DNA of 64,000 bases from an uncultured Gelidibacter sp. (GCF_947500795.1 NZ_CANMTE010000007.1:12456-76455); one strand, 5' to 3'. Positions 1 to 11,595 are shown, counted from the stretch's first letter. Notes: a model not told the origin generated them from the letters alone. Translations and numbers: made by a program.

Positions 1-492
<492 letters not shown>

Positions 493-507
493 TTAATGTC
501 TTTTCAA

Positions 508-3500
508 TTAGTTCTGGTTGGAATACAACTTACTCCATTCAACAAAATCTTTTTTGGTACCGTTTTTAAAAGGAATCAAAAAGAAACTGTAGGATTGTTT
601 TTCTTGCCCTTTAATTAAGTATTCCTCCTGTGGTCTTCCTCCCCAGCTATTATCTCCGGCAACACCACGTTGTGCTAAATCGATATTAAGTTGTACCAAA
701 TCTTGTTCTTTAATATCATTGATGTGTTTAGACGCGTTGATTTGTGGAATACCATCGGTTCTAAATTCTTCCTCCAACTTATCGTTGCCACTATAAGCAA
801 TCCCATCCGTCGTGTCAAAATCTTCGTTTGGCATGTGCAAGGCGCTAATGCCCAAACCTTGGAATTGATTGTTTGCAACCACTAAAAGTCCGTTGTTATT
901 TGCATCAGCAAAAGCTGACCAACGCACGTCTGTTTTATAGCCGTTTTCCTGTGGTCTTACGTAAGGCACATATTGATCTCTTACTTTAGATTCGTATACA
1001 TCAAGAAACGCAGAGGCTTTTCTGTCTTGATAGTTTTCCCATGGACCACGACCAAAATAGGTCATGTTTTCATAGGCCTTTGGCAATTGCATACGCATGC
1101 CCAAACGTGGCAAGTCGGCTTTATAATTCGTTTCGTGTAAGGTGTTGTTGATTTTGATCACGCCGTTCCCAAGAATATGGTATTCTGAATCGAACGTCGT
1201 GTCAACACCTGGTAAGTTATAAGTTACGTTGATGCTCACACTGCCATCATCATTTTTAGCAGACGTTAATTTGGCAACTTTCGCAAACAACGATGCTTTT
1301 TTCCATTCGATGTTTTTGGCTTGCATTTGGCTACCAAAATCATTGTCCGTTGGTGCACGCCAGAAGTTCGGTTTCAGACCGTTACCATCTTTTAATAATT
1401 CTGTTCCTTCATATACATAAGAGGTGATTTGTCCTTTTGTTTTATCAAAAATAACTTTCACATCAGCGTTAGACACTTCTAAATTCTCTTTGGATTCTTT
1501 GATTTTTAAAGCCGCTTTATTCTCCAATGCCGTGTTCTGCTTGGTGTATTTACGTGATAATACAAATTGCTCGTGAGCTACTTCATGACCTTTAGGAAGA
1601 ATGCCCCATGGTGCTTTGGTTTTTGCAGAAATCTCTAAGAAATACTGGGTGTTTGGTTTGTAATCGACATCTTTTAAGGATACTCTGATCAGCTTCCCAG
1701 TGTGTGTTTCTACGGATATATCTTCAATAGGAATCGTTTTTAAAACGTTTCCATCGGCTTTAATTTCAGCACTAAAAGTGAAGTGATTTAAATTGGTAAA
1801 ATCATATAAGTTCTCCACGAGAATGCGAAGTTCATCATGACGGTTGATGCCTTGATCTCTGAAATTAATGAATTCGTGTGCTTTTTTAACTTCAAATAAA
1901 CCTGGTTGTGGTGTGCGATCCGGGAATACAATTCCGTTATTTAGGAACGTATTGTCCGTTGGCATATTTTCGCCATAATCGCCGCCATAAGCATAAAAGC
2001 GCTCGCCTTTTTCGTTGGTTTTCCAAATCGATTGGTCCACCCAGTCCCAGATGAATCCACCTTGAAGGTTGTCATAACGCTCAATGATATCCCAATAATC
2101 TTGGAAATTCCCCGTACTATTTCCCATCGCGTGGGCATATTCGCTAGGAATGTAAGGTCGGTCCGTTTTGGTTCTTCCAACCGCTTCAAAAGTTGCTGGC
2201 GTTGGATATTGTGGCACGATAATATCGGTATTGGTATCCATATCCCATAAACTACCGTCGTAATCTTTATACGGACGCTCGTATTGTACTGGGCGTTTGG
2301 TTTTGTCGTTTGCCTTCATTTCATCATAGCCTTTAAAGAAATTTACACCGTTACCGGCTTCATTCCCCATAGACCAAATGATTACTGATGGATGGTTTTT
2401 ATCGCGTTTCACCAAACGTACCATTCTATCGACATGCGCGTTTTCCCAACTTGGTTTTTTAGCTAAAGAATGTTCGCCGTAGTACATGCCGTGAGATTCA
2501 ATATTAGCTTCATCAACTACATACAAACCATACTCATCACATAACTCATAAAAACGACGTTGTTGTGGGTAGTGACTTAAACGTACAGCGTTGATGTTAT
2601 TTTCTTTCCAGAGTTTGATATCTTTCATGATCAACTCCTCAGGCACAACGTGTCCGGTTTCAGGATTTGCTTCTTGAGTATTCACCCCTTTTAAAGTGAT
2701 GCGCTGCCCATTAACCAATAATAAGCCTTGCTTGATTTCAACAGATCTAAATCCAATGCGAGAGGTGGTCACTTCTAACGTTTTTCCTTTTCTGTCTTTA
2801 GTTTCAATAAGAAGGGTATATAAATTAGGATGCTCTGCACTCCATTGCTTCACGTTTGGCAAGGTTGCAGAAAAATTAAGTTCATTCTGTTTTGAACCAT
2901 CAATAGTAAATGATTTTGATTCTGATGCCACTAGTTTGGAGTCAGCATCCAATATTTTATAAGAAACACTTCCTTTTTCCGATTTAGAGTTGGCATTTTC
3001 AAGATTGACATCAAGTTCAAAAACACCATCTTTATAGGTGGCATCCAATATTGAAACCACTTCATAATCTTCAATACGTAATTTAGGTTGTGCGTACACA
3101 TATACGCTACGCTCAATCCCGCTGATTCTCCAGAAATCTTGAGCTTCAAGGTATGAACCATCGGTCCATCTAAAGATTTGTAAGGCGATTTTATTTTTAC
3201 CTGGTTTAGCAGCTGCCGTAATATTAAATTCTGCAGGCAATTTACTGCCTTGGGAGTAGCCAATATATCTACCATTCAGCCATACAAATCCTCCGGATTT
3301 CATGGCGCCGATTTGCAAGAAGATTTCCTTTCCATCCCAATCGTTAGGAATCGTAAATTCGCGTGCATAAGATCCTACTGGATTATAGGAGTGCGGAACT
3401 TTACCTGGGTTTGCAGGATAGATACCATCTACAAGCTTCATATCATCAGCAATCATAGCTTTATAATCAGAAAACTCATATTGGTGATTCACGTAAATAG

Positions 3501-3861
3501 GAATGCCATACCCTTCCACTTCCCAGTTGGACGGTACTTTAATATCATCCCAACCAGACACATCTTCATTTAAATTCATGAACGTTGTGGGTCTGTCCTT
3601 CGGATCTTTTACCCAATTGAATTTCCAAAGTCCATCTAATGATTGATAAAAATGAGGGGTGTTGTTTAAAGCATCTTTTTCAGAGGTAAACGACGTAAAT
3701 GACGCATGCGCTTCCAATTTATTATCGCTAATGACAGCCTCGTTTTCAATAAAATGCTTGTAATCCTTAATCGGATCTTTGTCTTGCGCGTTGGTATAGG
3801 TCACAGATAAAAAAAGACATACCATTTGAAAAATTAGAAACGAAATTTTTTTATTAATCAT
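508..3861 (-). CDS. GH2 beta-galactosidase (LacZ/EbgA-like), signal peptide
   Basis: Motifs [30 protein letters not shown] (acid/base), PSEYAHAMGNS (nucleophile) and GGFIWDWVDQ; C-terminal Bgal_small-like domain (NFWRAPTDNDFG). Confidence 0.95.
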   Translation of the reverse strand: MINKKISFLIFQMVCLFLSVTYTNAQDKDPIKDYKHFIENEAVISDNKLEAHASFTSFTSEKDALNNTPHFYQSLDGLWKFNWVKDPKDRPTTFMNLNEDVSGWDDIKVPSNWEVEGYGIPIYVNHQYEFSDYKAMIADDMKLVDGIYPANPGKVPHSYNPVGSYAREFTIPNDWDGKEIFLQIGAMKSGGFVWLNGRYIGYSQGSKLPAEFNITAAAKPGKNKIALQIFRWTDGSYLEAQDFWRISGIERSVYVYAQPKLRIEDYEVVSILDATYKDGVFELDVNLENANSKSEKGSVSYKILDADSKLVASESKSFTIDGSKQNELNFSATLPNVKQWSAEHPNLYTLLIETKDRKGKTLEVTTSRIGFRSVEIKQGLLLVNGQRITLKGVNTQEANPETGHVVPEELIMKDIKLWKENNINAVRLSHYPQQRRFYELCDEYGLYVVDEANIESHGMYYGEHSLAKKPSWENAHVDRMVRLVKRDKNHPSVIIWSMGNEAGNGVNFFKGYDEMKANDKTKRPVQYERPYKDYDGSLWDMDTNTDIIVPQYPTPATFEAVGRTKTDRPYIPSEYAHAMGNSTGNFQDYWDIIERYDNLQGGFIWDWVDQSIWKTNEKGERFYAYGGDYGENMPTDNTFLNNGIVFPDRTPQPGLFEVKKAHEFINFRDQGINRHDELRILVENLYDFTNLNHFTFSAEIKADGNVLKTIPIEDISVETHTGKLIRVSLKDVDYKPNTQYFLEISAKTKAPWGILPKGHEVAHEQFVLSRKYTKQNTALENKAALKIKESKENLEVSNADVKVIFDKTKGQITSYVYEGTELLKDGNGLKPNFWRAPTDNDFGSQMQAKNIEWKKASLFAKVAKLTSAKNDDGSVSINVTYNLPGVDTTFDSEYHILGNGVIKINNTLHETNYKADLPRLGMRMQLPKAYENMTYFGRGPWENYQDRKASAFLDVYESKVRDQYVPYVRPQENGYKTDVRWSAFADANNNGLLVVANNQFQGLGISALHMPNEDFDTTDGIAYSGNDKLEEEFRTDGIPQINASKHINDIKEQDLVQLNIDLAQRGVAGDNSWGGRPQEEYLIKGQEKQSYSFFLIPFKNGTKKDFVEWSKLYSNQN

Positions 3862-4182
3862 AGTGTTTAGTAATTAGGCATTAAACATCACCAATTTTTA
3901 AGTGACCATCGTAGAAACAAATTAATTTCAGGAAGTCTCTGACGAAATAAAAGGGGATATAAATCATTATTTGTTCAATCAGCTAATATAATTAAAAAAT
4001 TAATAATTATAGCGCTGTGCTCGATAACAATATACAAAAATGAATTTTTAACAACCTCACCTTTTTATCATTAAGCTAATTTCAAACGAACAATCTGATA
4101 CTTGTTAAAGGCCCAATTTTAATATCATCTTTTATTTCCTTGGTTTTATACCAAACAAATCTTTTTGAAGTATGGTGAGTAT

Positions 4183-4215
4183 AAAAAAACCGTCTCAATT
4201 TATAAATTGAGACGG
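4183..4215 (-). terminator. Rho-independent terminator after the PNGase gene
   Basis: Stem CCGTCTCAATT/AATTGAGACGG (4190-4215) followed by a T7 tract on the minus strand. Confidence 0.85.
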
Positions 4216-4315
4216 CTTCTAAATATATCAACTATTAAAACAAAATAGTATTAACTATAATTTAAATCCTTACCATATATTTTTCCAATTCTGAGTTAAT
4301 GAACAGTACTTCAAT

Positions 4316-5494
4316 TTATTCGTAAGTCAAATACGCTGATACCAACCAATGGTTCAGCTTATCACCATCCACTGGAGTTGCAGGGATTTTTATTTTGATC
4401 GTGTGTGCACCCGCTTTTAAGTCGCCTAAATCCACCACCATAGGTTCTACAGAGGAGCCTGGGCACCAATTAGATCTCGACAAATCTGAAGAGGCAATGC
4501 GTTCTTCAATTTCTTTAACTTCGTACTTTCTTGTTTCGGAACTGATATAGGACGCCGAATCTTTTTTAATCCATACGCCTGATGTTGGATTGAATCGACG
4601 GAAGGACGCACAATCATCACGCCAAGGAATGGTATCCAAAACCAATGTATTATTGAAAAAGACACTGTTTTTAATTTTGATGAATTCATCGCCACCACTA
4701 TGTCCGCCGTGTCCGGTGGTGATGTAGTGTAATTTCACATTTTTAGCATTCTTCTTTAGTTGAATGGTTTGCTCCAAATCTTTATGGGCAAAATTATCTG
4801 GAATTTTCTGCCCGCCAACGTACGGAATGGTGTTCACTACAGGCAATACTGAAACTTTCTTTTGTGTTCTATCGGAATACTTCAATTCCAGATCAAAATC
4901 ATAACCTTCCGCGGTCCAGGAATCGATCCAAACACCTACATAAAACGTCTCCGTCACCAAGCTTTCTAAAGCCGTGATATCATGCTCCCACACCACTTCT
5001 TTCTCCCAAGACGGAATATAAACTGGTCTTCTGTATTTAACTTTGTTATCACTGTAATGTCCAACGCCAAACGGAGTCATAAATCGCATCAGTTCCACTA
5101 CCGGTTCGTAGTTTTTTCCTTGTACCAATCCGGCGTATTTGCCATCTACATAGGAATCAGTCGGGAATTTTTCATCCTTTTCTGCAATATCCAGGATGGA
5201 AAGTTTTTCAGGATCGGAAACCACGAAGACAGACCCCGATTTATCCCAACGGTCGCCGCTAGAACGCACCGTTAATTTGATATTCACATCCGTGCCTTTA
5301 GCAAACGTGGGTACTGTTACTTTTTTATAAACTAAACGGCCGTCCATTAACCGAACCGCTTGAGCATCCGCACCTTTTTCACCTCCAAAATTGAGAGGTT
5401 GTTTGTCAAAAACCTTTACATTGACCGGTTTCTGTGCGTTTAATGAAAAGATTGTAAATACTAAAAATGTAAAAATTAATATGTTTGATTTCAT
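4316..5494 (-). CDS. Peptide-N-glycosidase F family amidase (PNGase F-like), signal peptide
   Basis: GDRWDK (W59-D60 equivalent), VELMRFMTPFG (E118), TTGHGGHSGGDEF (E206), PWRDDC and LSRSNWCPG. No N-terminal GLPGLI domain. Confidence 0.9.
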   Translation of the reverse strand: MKSNILIFTFLVFTIFSLNAQKPVNVKVFDKQPLNFGGEKGADAQAVRLMDGRLVYKKVTVPTFAKGTDVNIKLTVRSSGDRWDKSGSVFVVSDPEKLSILDIAEKDEKFPTDSYVDGKYAGLVQGKNYEPVVELMRFMTPFGVGHYSDNKVKYRRPVYIPSWEKEVVWEHDITALESLVTETFYVGVWIDSWTAEGYDFDLELKYSDRTQKKVSVLPVVNTIPYVGGQKIPDNFAHKDLEQTIQLKKNAKNVKLHYITTGHGGHSGGDEFIKIKNSVFFNNTLVLDTIPWRDDCASFRRFNPTSGVWIKKDSASYISSETRKYEVKEIEERIASSDLSRSNWCPGSSVEPMVVDLGDLKAGAHTIKIKIPATPVDGDKLNHWLVSAYLTYE

Positions 5495-5544
5495 GTTAAA
5501 GTGAGTTTGTGCAATTGATAGTATGGGTTGTTTAAGCGAGTTAA

Positions 5545-7770
5545 TTATTTCAAAATGACTTTGAGGGTTTTCCCATTCACCAACTCATCATGATTTATAA
5601 AATAACCTTTATGTTTTTTTCCGCCGATTAAAATGTGATCGATGCGACCGTTGCCGTTGGTTTCTTTTTCAATAACCAACTCACTATTCTTGTAATATTT
5701 GGAATCCAGTTGAATGGTAATTTTATCGAACAACGGTTTGGTAATGGTATAAACAGGTTCTCCCGGAGCGATTGGATAAAATCCCATCATGGAATACACC
5801 ACCCAAGCTGACATGGTGCCGGTATCATCATTGCCCGGAATGCCATCAGGTGTGTTCTTGAAATGTTTTCTAACCAATTTTTCTACCATTTGCTGACTGC
5901 GCCACTCTTCGCCTTTTACATAATTGAAAAGGTACGGATAAGCAATATCAGGTTCGTTGGCCATATCAAATTGGTCCGTATCGAAAATCTTTTGAAGTTG
6001 ATCTGTAAACGCTTTATTGCCGCCCATTAACTTTTTCAGTCCATTGATGTCGTGCGGAATCATAAACGCATATTGCCATGCGTTACCCTCTATAAATCCA
6101 ACATTCTCAGTAAAGTTAGCCCCAGCATCAGGATCGAAGGGTTCGTACCACTCGCCATTTTGCAATCGTGGTCTCAACAATCTTAAGTTTTTATCGAATA
6201 ATTTTCTGTAGGATAAAGAGCGATTTTTAAATCGCTTGTAATCGTCTTTCTTCCCTAATGCGTTCGCCAATATAGCAATGGCATTATCAGCGGCATTATA
6301 CTCTTGAGTGGTCGAAACTGATCCACCATGATCCGTTGTTACAAATCCCTTTTCAATATAATCTTTCAAACCTGGACGCAGTGGATTATTTTCCAACTGA
6401 TCTGCACTTTTTAGCATTGCTTCATAGGCCTTGTCAACATCAAAATCGCGTATGCCTTTTAAATACGTGTCAGCAATGACAATACTCGCCGGATCGCCCA
6501 CCATGGTAAAGGTTTCGGTGGAATTCAATTCCCATTTTGGCAACCAACCGTTTTCATCATACATATCCAACATACTATGGATCATATTATTCTGCTGCTG
6601 CGGATAAACGAGCGATAACAATTGGTGCACATTACGATAGGTATCCCATAAAGAAAAGACGGTATAGCGCGTCCCATCGGTATTTCCGATGTTTCCTGTT
6701 TTAATTTCAGGATAGTCGCCGTTGACATCATTTAAGGTATTCGGATGGATTTGCGTATGATACAAAGCGGTATAAAAAACTGTCTTATCGTCTTCAGAAC
6801 CTCCTTCCACTCTGATTCTGGAGAGTGTCTCATTCCACGCGTTGTAGGTTTCTTTATAAACATCTTCAAATGTTTTGTTACTCGTTTCCTTTTCTAAGTT
6901 CTCGCGTGCATTGGCAATACTCACGTAGCTCACACCTATTTTAACTTCAACCGTTTCGGCCTTATCAAAATTGTAAGTAAAATAACTGCCAATGCTATCA
7001 CCAACCACCATTTTGGTCGATTTCTCCATCAGATGTGTTTTGCCATTATAACCCATCCATTGTGCTTCCACACCTTCGTAAGTTGCAGGTTTTTTCCAAA
7101 CCCCAAAATTATCGGCCGGTTTTGAAAATTGAGCGACAAAATAAACCGGATAAGCCGCTTCAGGACTATTGTAACAGAATGATCCAACGGAACGCATGCC
7201 TTCAATTTCAGTTGATGATACGACTTGCACCATAGCGCCTTCCTCATTGGTCAACCCTAAACCAAGATTCAATAAGACATTGGCCTGCCCTTTTGGAAAA
7301 TGAAATTTACTCACCCCAACTCTAGTTGATGCGGTAAACTCTGCTTTCACCTTATATTTATCGATTTCCGTACTGTAATAGCCGGCCTTTGCAACTTCAT
7401 TTTTATAAGTAGAACCGTAGTTCAGGTGATTGGTTTCTAATTCGCCCGTAGTTGGCATCAACAATAACACGCCCAAATCTGGACAGCCCACACCACTTAA
7501 ATTGACGTGGCTAAAACCGGTTAGAAATGTATTTTCATTCACATACGGATTGGACAACCACTGACTGTCTTTTTCTAAAGGTAAATTTTGTGGTCCTGCC
7601 ACGTTAAACGGACTGATACTCGCCATTCCTCGTGGTGCAATGGGTCCAGGAAAAGTCGCGCCGTAATTGGAGGTGCCAATAAAAGGATTCACATAATCTA
7701 CAGGCTCCTGCGCCACAAGGCTAGAAGTGCCACAAAAAATTAGAAGAATAAATAAGCTAAACTGTTTCAT
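5545..7770 (-). CDS. GH92 alpha-mannosidase
   Basis: YVNPFIGT, FSLWDTYR, FIEGNAWQY, GNDDTGTMSAW. Start overlaps the upstream GH92 stop (ATGA). Confidence 0.95.
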   Translation of the reverse strand: MKQFSLFILLIFCGTSSLVAQEPVDYVNPFIGTSNYGATFPGPIAPRGMASISPFNVAGPQNLPLEKDSQWLSNPYVNENTFLTGFSHVNLSGVGCPDLGVLLLMPTTGELETNHLNYGSTYKNEVAKAGYYSTEIDKYKVKAEFTASTRVGVSKFHFPKGQANVLLNLGLGLTNEEGAMVQVVSSTEIEGMRSVGSFCYNSPEAAYPVYFVAQFSKPADNFGVWKKPATYEGVEAQWMGYNGKTHLMEKSTKMVVGDSIGSYFTYNFDKAETVEVKIGVSYVSIANARENLEKETSNKTFEDVYKETYNAWNETLSRIRVEGGSEDDKTVFYTALYHTQIHPNTLNDVNGDYPEIKTGNIGNTDGTRYTVFSLWDTYRNVHQLLSLVYPQQQNNMIHSMLDMYDENGWLPKWELNSTETFTMVGDPASIVIADTYLKGIRDFDVDKAYEAMLKSADQLENNPLRPGLKDYIEKGFVTTDHGGSVSTTQEYNAADNAIAILANALGKKDDYKRFKNRSLSYRKLFDKNLRLLRPRLQNGEWYEPFDPDAGANFTENVGFIEGNAWQYAFMIPHDINGLKKLMGGNKAFTDQLQKIFDTDQFDMANEPDIAYPYLFNYVKGEEWRSQQMVEKLVRKHFKNTPDGIPGNDDTGTMSAWVVYSMMGFYPIAPGEPVYTITKPLFDKITIQLDSKYYKNSELVIEKETNGNGRIDHILIGGKKHKGYFINHDELVNGKTLKVILK

Positions 7771-10100
7771 TTTTTAGGTTTGTTTTTTGACGTGCTCAAG
7801 GAATACGGCACGCTTTCATTTGCAGCACCCCAACTTTTATTGGGAGTGTTGCCCATATTAAATTCTAAGACACCACCGTTTTGCAGGGCATCAAATTTCA
7901 AATACGTATTGTTATAGGTTTTTCCATTCAATTCGGCATTTTGAATGTAGACATTCGAATCTGAATTGTTGTTGGATTTGATTTCAAAGGTGTTTCCGTT
8001 TTCTAAATGGAGGGTCGCTTTTTTGAACAGCGGACTTCCAATTACATATTCGTCCACGCCCGGGGTTACCGGATAAAAGCCTAAGGCACTGAACACATAC
8101 CACGCCGACGTTTGGCCATTATCTTCATCACCACAATAACCGTCAGGTGTTGCAGCATACAATTTCGCCATCACGTCCCTAACTTTCTCTTGGGCTTTGT
8201 AGGGTTGATTGGCATAATTGTACAAATAGATCATGTGCTGAATGGGTTGGTTGCCGTGCGCATAGTTGCCCATGTTTACGATTTGCATTTCTCGGATTTC
8301 GTGAATCGTAAATCCGTAGTAAGACGCGTCAAATTTTGGTGGCATATCAAAAACCTCATCCAACTTGCCCACAAATTGTTCCTTGCCGCCCATCAAATCG
8401 ATCAAGCCTTGAATATCATGAAACACTGACCAAGTATAGTGTAAACTGTTGCCTTCCGTAAAAGCATCGCCCCATTTTAAAGGGTTAAACGGACTTTGAA
8501 AACTGCCGTCCTTGTTTTTACCGCGCATCCAATTGGTAGACGGATCAAACAGGTTTTTGTAATTCATCGATTGCTTGAAGTACTTTTTTGCCAGTTTTGT
8601 ATTGCCCATTTTCTCCGCCATTTTCGCGATGGTAAAATCCGCGTAGGCGTATTCTAATGTTCTGGCGGCATTTTCGTTGATGTCTACATCATAAGGCACA
8701 TAACCTAAGGTATTGTAATAGGTCAAGCCGGCCCTTCCCACTGAATTCACAGGACGTCCATCAGCAACAGTGGCGTTTTTTAGGACCGCTTCCAACAACA
8801 CGTCAGCATCCATTCCATGGGCACCTTTTAAATAAGCATCGGCAATGATAGGTGCCGAATTGGAACCAATCATCACATCACGATGTCCTGGACTTGCCCA
8901 TTCTGGCAACCATCCTGACTCTTTATACGTATTCGCCAAGCCTTGCATGATTTTACCGTTGAGCTCAGGATACATCATATTAAAAAATGGAAATACGGCT
9001 CTGAAAGTGTCCCAAAAGCCATTATCCGTAAACATATAGCCCGGTAATACTTGTCCGTTATACGGACTGTAATGCATCACTTTATGATCAGCATCAAACT
9101 CATAAAATTTTCTTGGGAATAACAACACGCGGTAGAGCGAGGAGTAAAAGGTTCTTAAATTATCAATGTTGTCGTCTTCAATTTGAATTCTGCCCAACTC
9201 AGTTTCCCAAGCATCTTTCGCCTTCTGTTTTGTAGTTTCAAATGGATCTGTCCCAATTTCTCTGGACAGATTCAATTGTGCTTGCTCAGGACTGATAAAC
9301 GATGACGCCACTTTGACATGGACCACTTCGCCTTTTTTGGTTTTAAATCCGATGATGGCGCCCACGTGATCACCTTCGCTATCTGTGGTGTTTTCAACCA
9401 ATTGCCATCCGTCTTTCCAAGTGTGGTTGACTTCAAAATCTTTATCAAATTCGGCGACAAAATAGTTGTGAAAATTCTCGGGCACACCTCCGCTATTGTT
9501 TCTGGCGTAGCCAATTATTTTGCGTTCTTCAGGAATGATTTTCACCATGGATCCTTTGTTAAACGCATCGAGGATGATATAGGAACTGTCCGATTCTGGA
9601 AACGTAAATTTAAAATGCGCCGCTCGTTCCGTTGGGGTTACCTCAGCCACCACATCATAATCGGCCAAATACACCGAGTAATGATACGGCGTTACCGTTT
9701 CTGCTTTATGAGAAAACCAAGATACGCGCTCATCTTCCTGAAATTTCAAATCGCCAGTTACGGCCATAAAGGAAAACGCTGCATAATCATTCACCCACGG
9801 ACTCGGTTGGTGGGTTTGTTTAATCCCTCTGATTTTATTTTCTCGGTATTTATAAGTCCAGCCGTCGCCCATTTTAGAAGTCATTGGCGTCCAGAAATTC
9901 ATCCCCCAAGGCGTGGCAATGGCGGGATAGGTATTTCCATTTGACAAATCGAAAGACGAGTCCGTCCCCATCAAAGGATTCACAAAATCCACCAAATCCT
10001 TACTAGCGATGTAGGTATTGTTCTGTGCGTAGCTATCAATTGCACCACACGCAAAAATTAGCAACAGCAGGTAAACTTTTTTAAAAACCAATTTCGTCAT
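7767..10100 (-). CDS. GH92 alpha-1,2-mannosidase (BT3990-like)
   Basis: HQPSPWVNDY, HEIREM, TEGN and GDEDNGQTSAW. Probable start MTKL at 10100 (ORF track 10112). Confidence 0.93.
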   Translation of the reverse strand: MTKLVFKKVYLLLLIFACGAIDSYAQNNTYIASKDLVDFVNPLMGTDSSFDLSNGNTYPAIATPWGMNFWTPMTSKMGDGWTYKYRENKIRGIKQTHQPSPWVNDYAAFSFMAVTGDLKFQEDERVSWFSHKAETVTPYHYSVYLADYDVVAEVTPTERAAHFKFTFPESDSSYIILDAFNKGSMVKIIPEERKIIGYARNNSGGVPENFHNYFVAEFDKDFEVNHTWKDGWQLVENTTDSEGDHVGAIIGFKTKKGEVVHVKVASSFISPEQAQLNLSREIGTDPFETTKQKAKDAWETELGRIQIEDDNIDNLRTFYSSLYRVLLFPRKFYEFDADHKVMHYSPYNGQVLPGYMFTDNGFWDTFRAVFPFFNMMYPELNGKIMQGLANTYKESGWLPEWASPGHRDVMIGSNSAPIIADAYLKGAHGMDADVLLEAVLKNATVADGRPVNSVGRAGLTYYNTLGYVPYDVDINENAARTLEYAYADFTIAKMAEKMGNTKLAKKYFKQSMNYKNLFDPSTNWMRGKNKDGSFQSPFNPLKWGDAFTEGNSLHYTWSVFHDIQGLIDLMGGKEQFVGKLDEVFDMPPKFDASYYGFTIHEIREMQIVNMGNYAHGNQPIQHMIYLYNYANQPYKAQEKVRDVMAKLYAATPDGYCGDEDNGQTSAWYVFSALGFYPVTPGVDEYVIGSPLFKKATLHLENGNTFEIKSNNNSDSNVYIQNAELNGKTYNNTYLKFDALQNGGVLEFNMGNTPNKSWGAANESVPYSLSTSKNKPKK

Positions 10101-10168
10101 TATACATCTCATTTTAAATCAAGCCTCATTCACCTTTTAAAAATCCGCACTTCAAACCAAGCAAAATC

Positions 10169-10244
10169 AGTCTTGATACTTTGTTCTAGCAGCGCAGCGA
10201 TCTTAATTCTTAATACTTAATTTTAACAGCGCAGCGGTCTCATT
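10169..10244 (+). repeat. Two tandem 37-bp-period copies of a dispersed repeat with a CAGCGCAGCG core in heptamer-like flanks
   Basis: CAGCGCAGCG at 10190 and 10227. 10169-10210 matches the reverse complement of 45018-45059 at 35/42 positions (hand alignment). Confidence 0.75.
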
Positions 10245-10245
10245 T

Positions 10246-11595
10246 CTATTTATTCAACTCCACAGCATTACCATGCCCTCTGTACAACACCAACGCATCC
10301 TCCAATTCCACTTCAATCAGGGTTACATTGGCATCTAAATTCTTCTCTTGAGGGATTTCAATTCTTAAGATTCCAGGAATATTATTCCATTCTGCACCAC
10401 CATTTCTTTCAAAGCTCAATTCCTGTCCACTACCCACAACTTTGATGGATTTCACTTTGTTCTGAATCCCCTTTAATGAAATGTAGTTTTTAGGATTATC
10501 AAATAATGCCAAATAGATTTTTGTGTCGTCTTTACTCAACAAGGTCGGGCCGTAAAAATGTCCGTAAGGCAACCCTGCTTTGGTACTGAATATAGCCGAT
10601 TCATGTTTATTAACCCATTCCCCTAAAGCCTCCAAACGTTCTAACTGCTCTTCTGCAATAGTCCCGTCAGGTTTTGGACCGATATTCAATAATAAATTCC
10701 CTCCGGTAGCAATCACCTCAACAAAAGTTCTGATAATTTGTGATACCGGTTTGTAATTCGTGTCGGATGGGAAATACCCCCAATTATCGTTCATAGTCAT
10801 GCAAAACTCCCAGGCGCCTTCTGGCCTCACTACTGGCACGCCCTGTTCTGGCGTACTGTAATCGCCGTGAGTTTTCAAACGGGAATTGACAATCACTTTT
10901 GGGTTCCAAGCCAATAACGAATCTTTCAAAGATTCTGCGCGCCATTGTTCACTTGATTTTTCCCAATCGCCATCAAACCAATATAAATCCGGATTGTATC
11001 TGGTGCTCAATTCTTTTAACTGCCCATCATTAAATCTCAAAAAACGTTGCCAAGGCGACAATTGATTTTGATTTTTTTGAGGATAGTTTTTACGAGTATC
11101 AGGACGTGGGAACACCACATCATAATCAGGATGCGACCAATCAATCAGTGAGTAATACAAGCCAACCTTTAAACCTTCTTCCCGCAGTGCATCAACATAA
11201 GGCCCAACCAAATCGCGCTTAGCTGGCGTTTTTTCCACAACGTTTAAATGGCTGAATTTGGTATCCCACAACGCCACACCGTCGTGATGTTTGGTAGTCA
11301 ATACTGCGTAACGGGCGCCAATTTTCTTAAACAGTTTTGCCCATGCTTCCGGATCGTAATTCTTGGCGGTAAAATCTTTTCCTTGCGACATATAATCGTC
11401 ATAAGAAATGCGTTTGTGATACATGGACCATGATTCGCCAATGCCTTTTACGCCATAATAGCCCCAGTGGATAAAGACGCCCAGTTTAGCATCTTGAAAC
11501 CACTCTAATCGTTCTTCTTTGGTCAGTTTTTCTTGTGCCGTTATTTGATTGGCAACTAAAAAAACTAATACGGTGATTACTTTAAAATATCTCAT
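10246..11595 (-). CDS. GH29 alpha-L-fucosidase
   Basis: WFQDAKLGVFIHWG, TTKHHDGVALW, WFDGDW nucleophile, GGNLLLNIGP; signal peptide. Confidence 0.95.
   Translation of the reverse strand: MRYFKVITVLVFLVANQITAQEKLTKEERLEWFQDAKLGVFIHWGYYGVKGIGESWSMYHKRISYDDYMSQGKDFTAKNYDPEAWAKLFKKIGARYAVLTTKHHDGVALWDTKFSHLNVVEKTPAKRDLVGPYVDALREEGLKVGLYYSLIDWSHPDYDVVFPRPDTRKNYPQKNQNQLSPWQRFLRFNDGQLKELSTRYNPDLYWFDGDWEKSSEQWRAESLKDSLLAWNPKVIVNSRLKTHGDYSTPEQGVPVVRPEGAWEFCMTMNDNWGYFPSDTNYKPVSQIIRTFVEVIATGGNLLLNIGPKPDGTIAEEQLERLEALGEWVNKHESAIFSTKAGLPYGHFYGPTLLSKDDTKIYLALFDNPKNYISLKGIQNKVKSIKVVGSGQELSFERNGGAEWNNIPGILRIEIPQEKNLDANVTLIEVELEDALVLYRGHGNAVELNK

Noticed and set aside
3926-3938. TTTCAGGAAG match with 30569
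   Set aside because: A 10-13 bp match with no symmetry or positional logic; consistent with chance.
9318-9944. 208-aa plus-strand ORF, and the many other 60-160 aa ORFs nested in long genes
   Set aside because: They are antisense or off-frame shadows of well-supported CDSs, with no recognisable motifs or independent signals.
10169-10244. 37-bp periodic repeat as a mini CRISPR array
   Set aside because: Only two units, no unique spacers of proper length and no cas genes.
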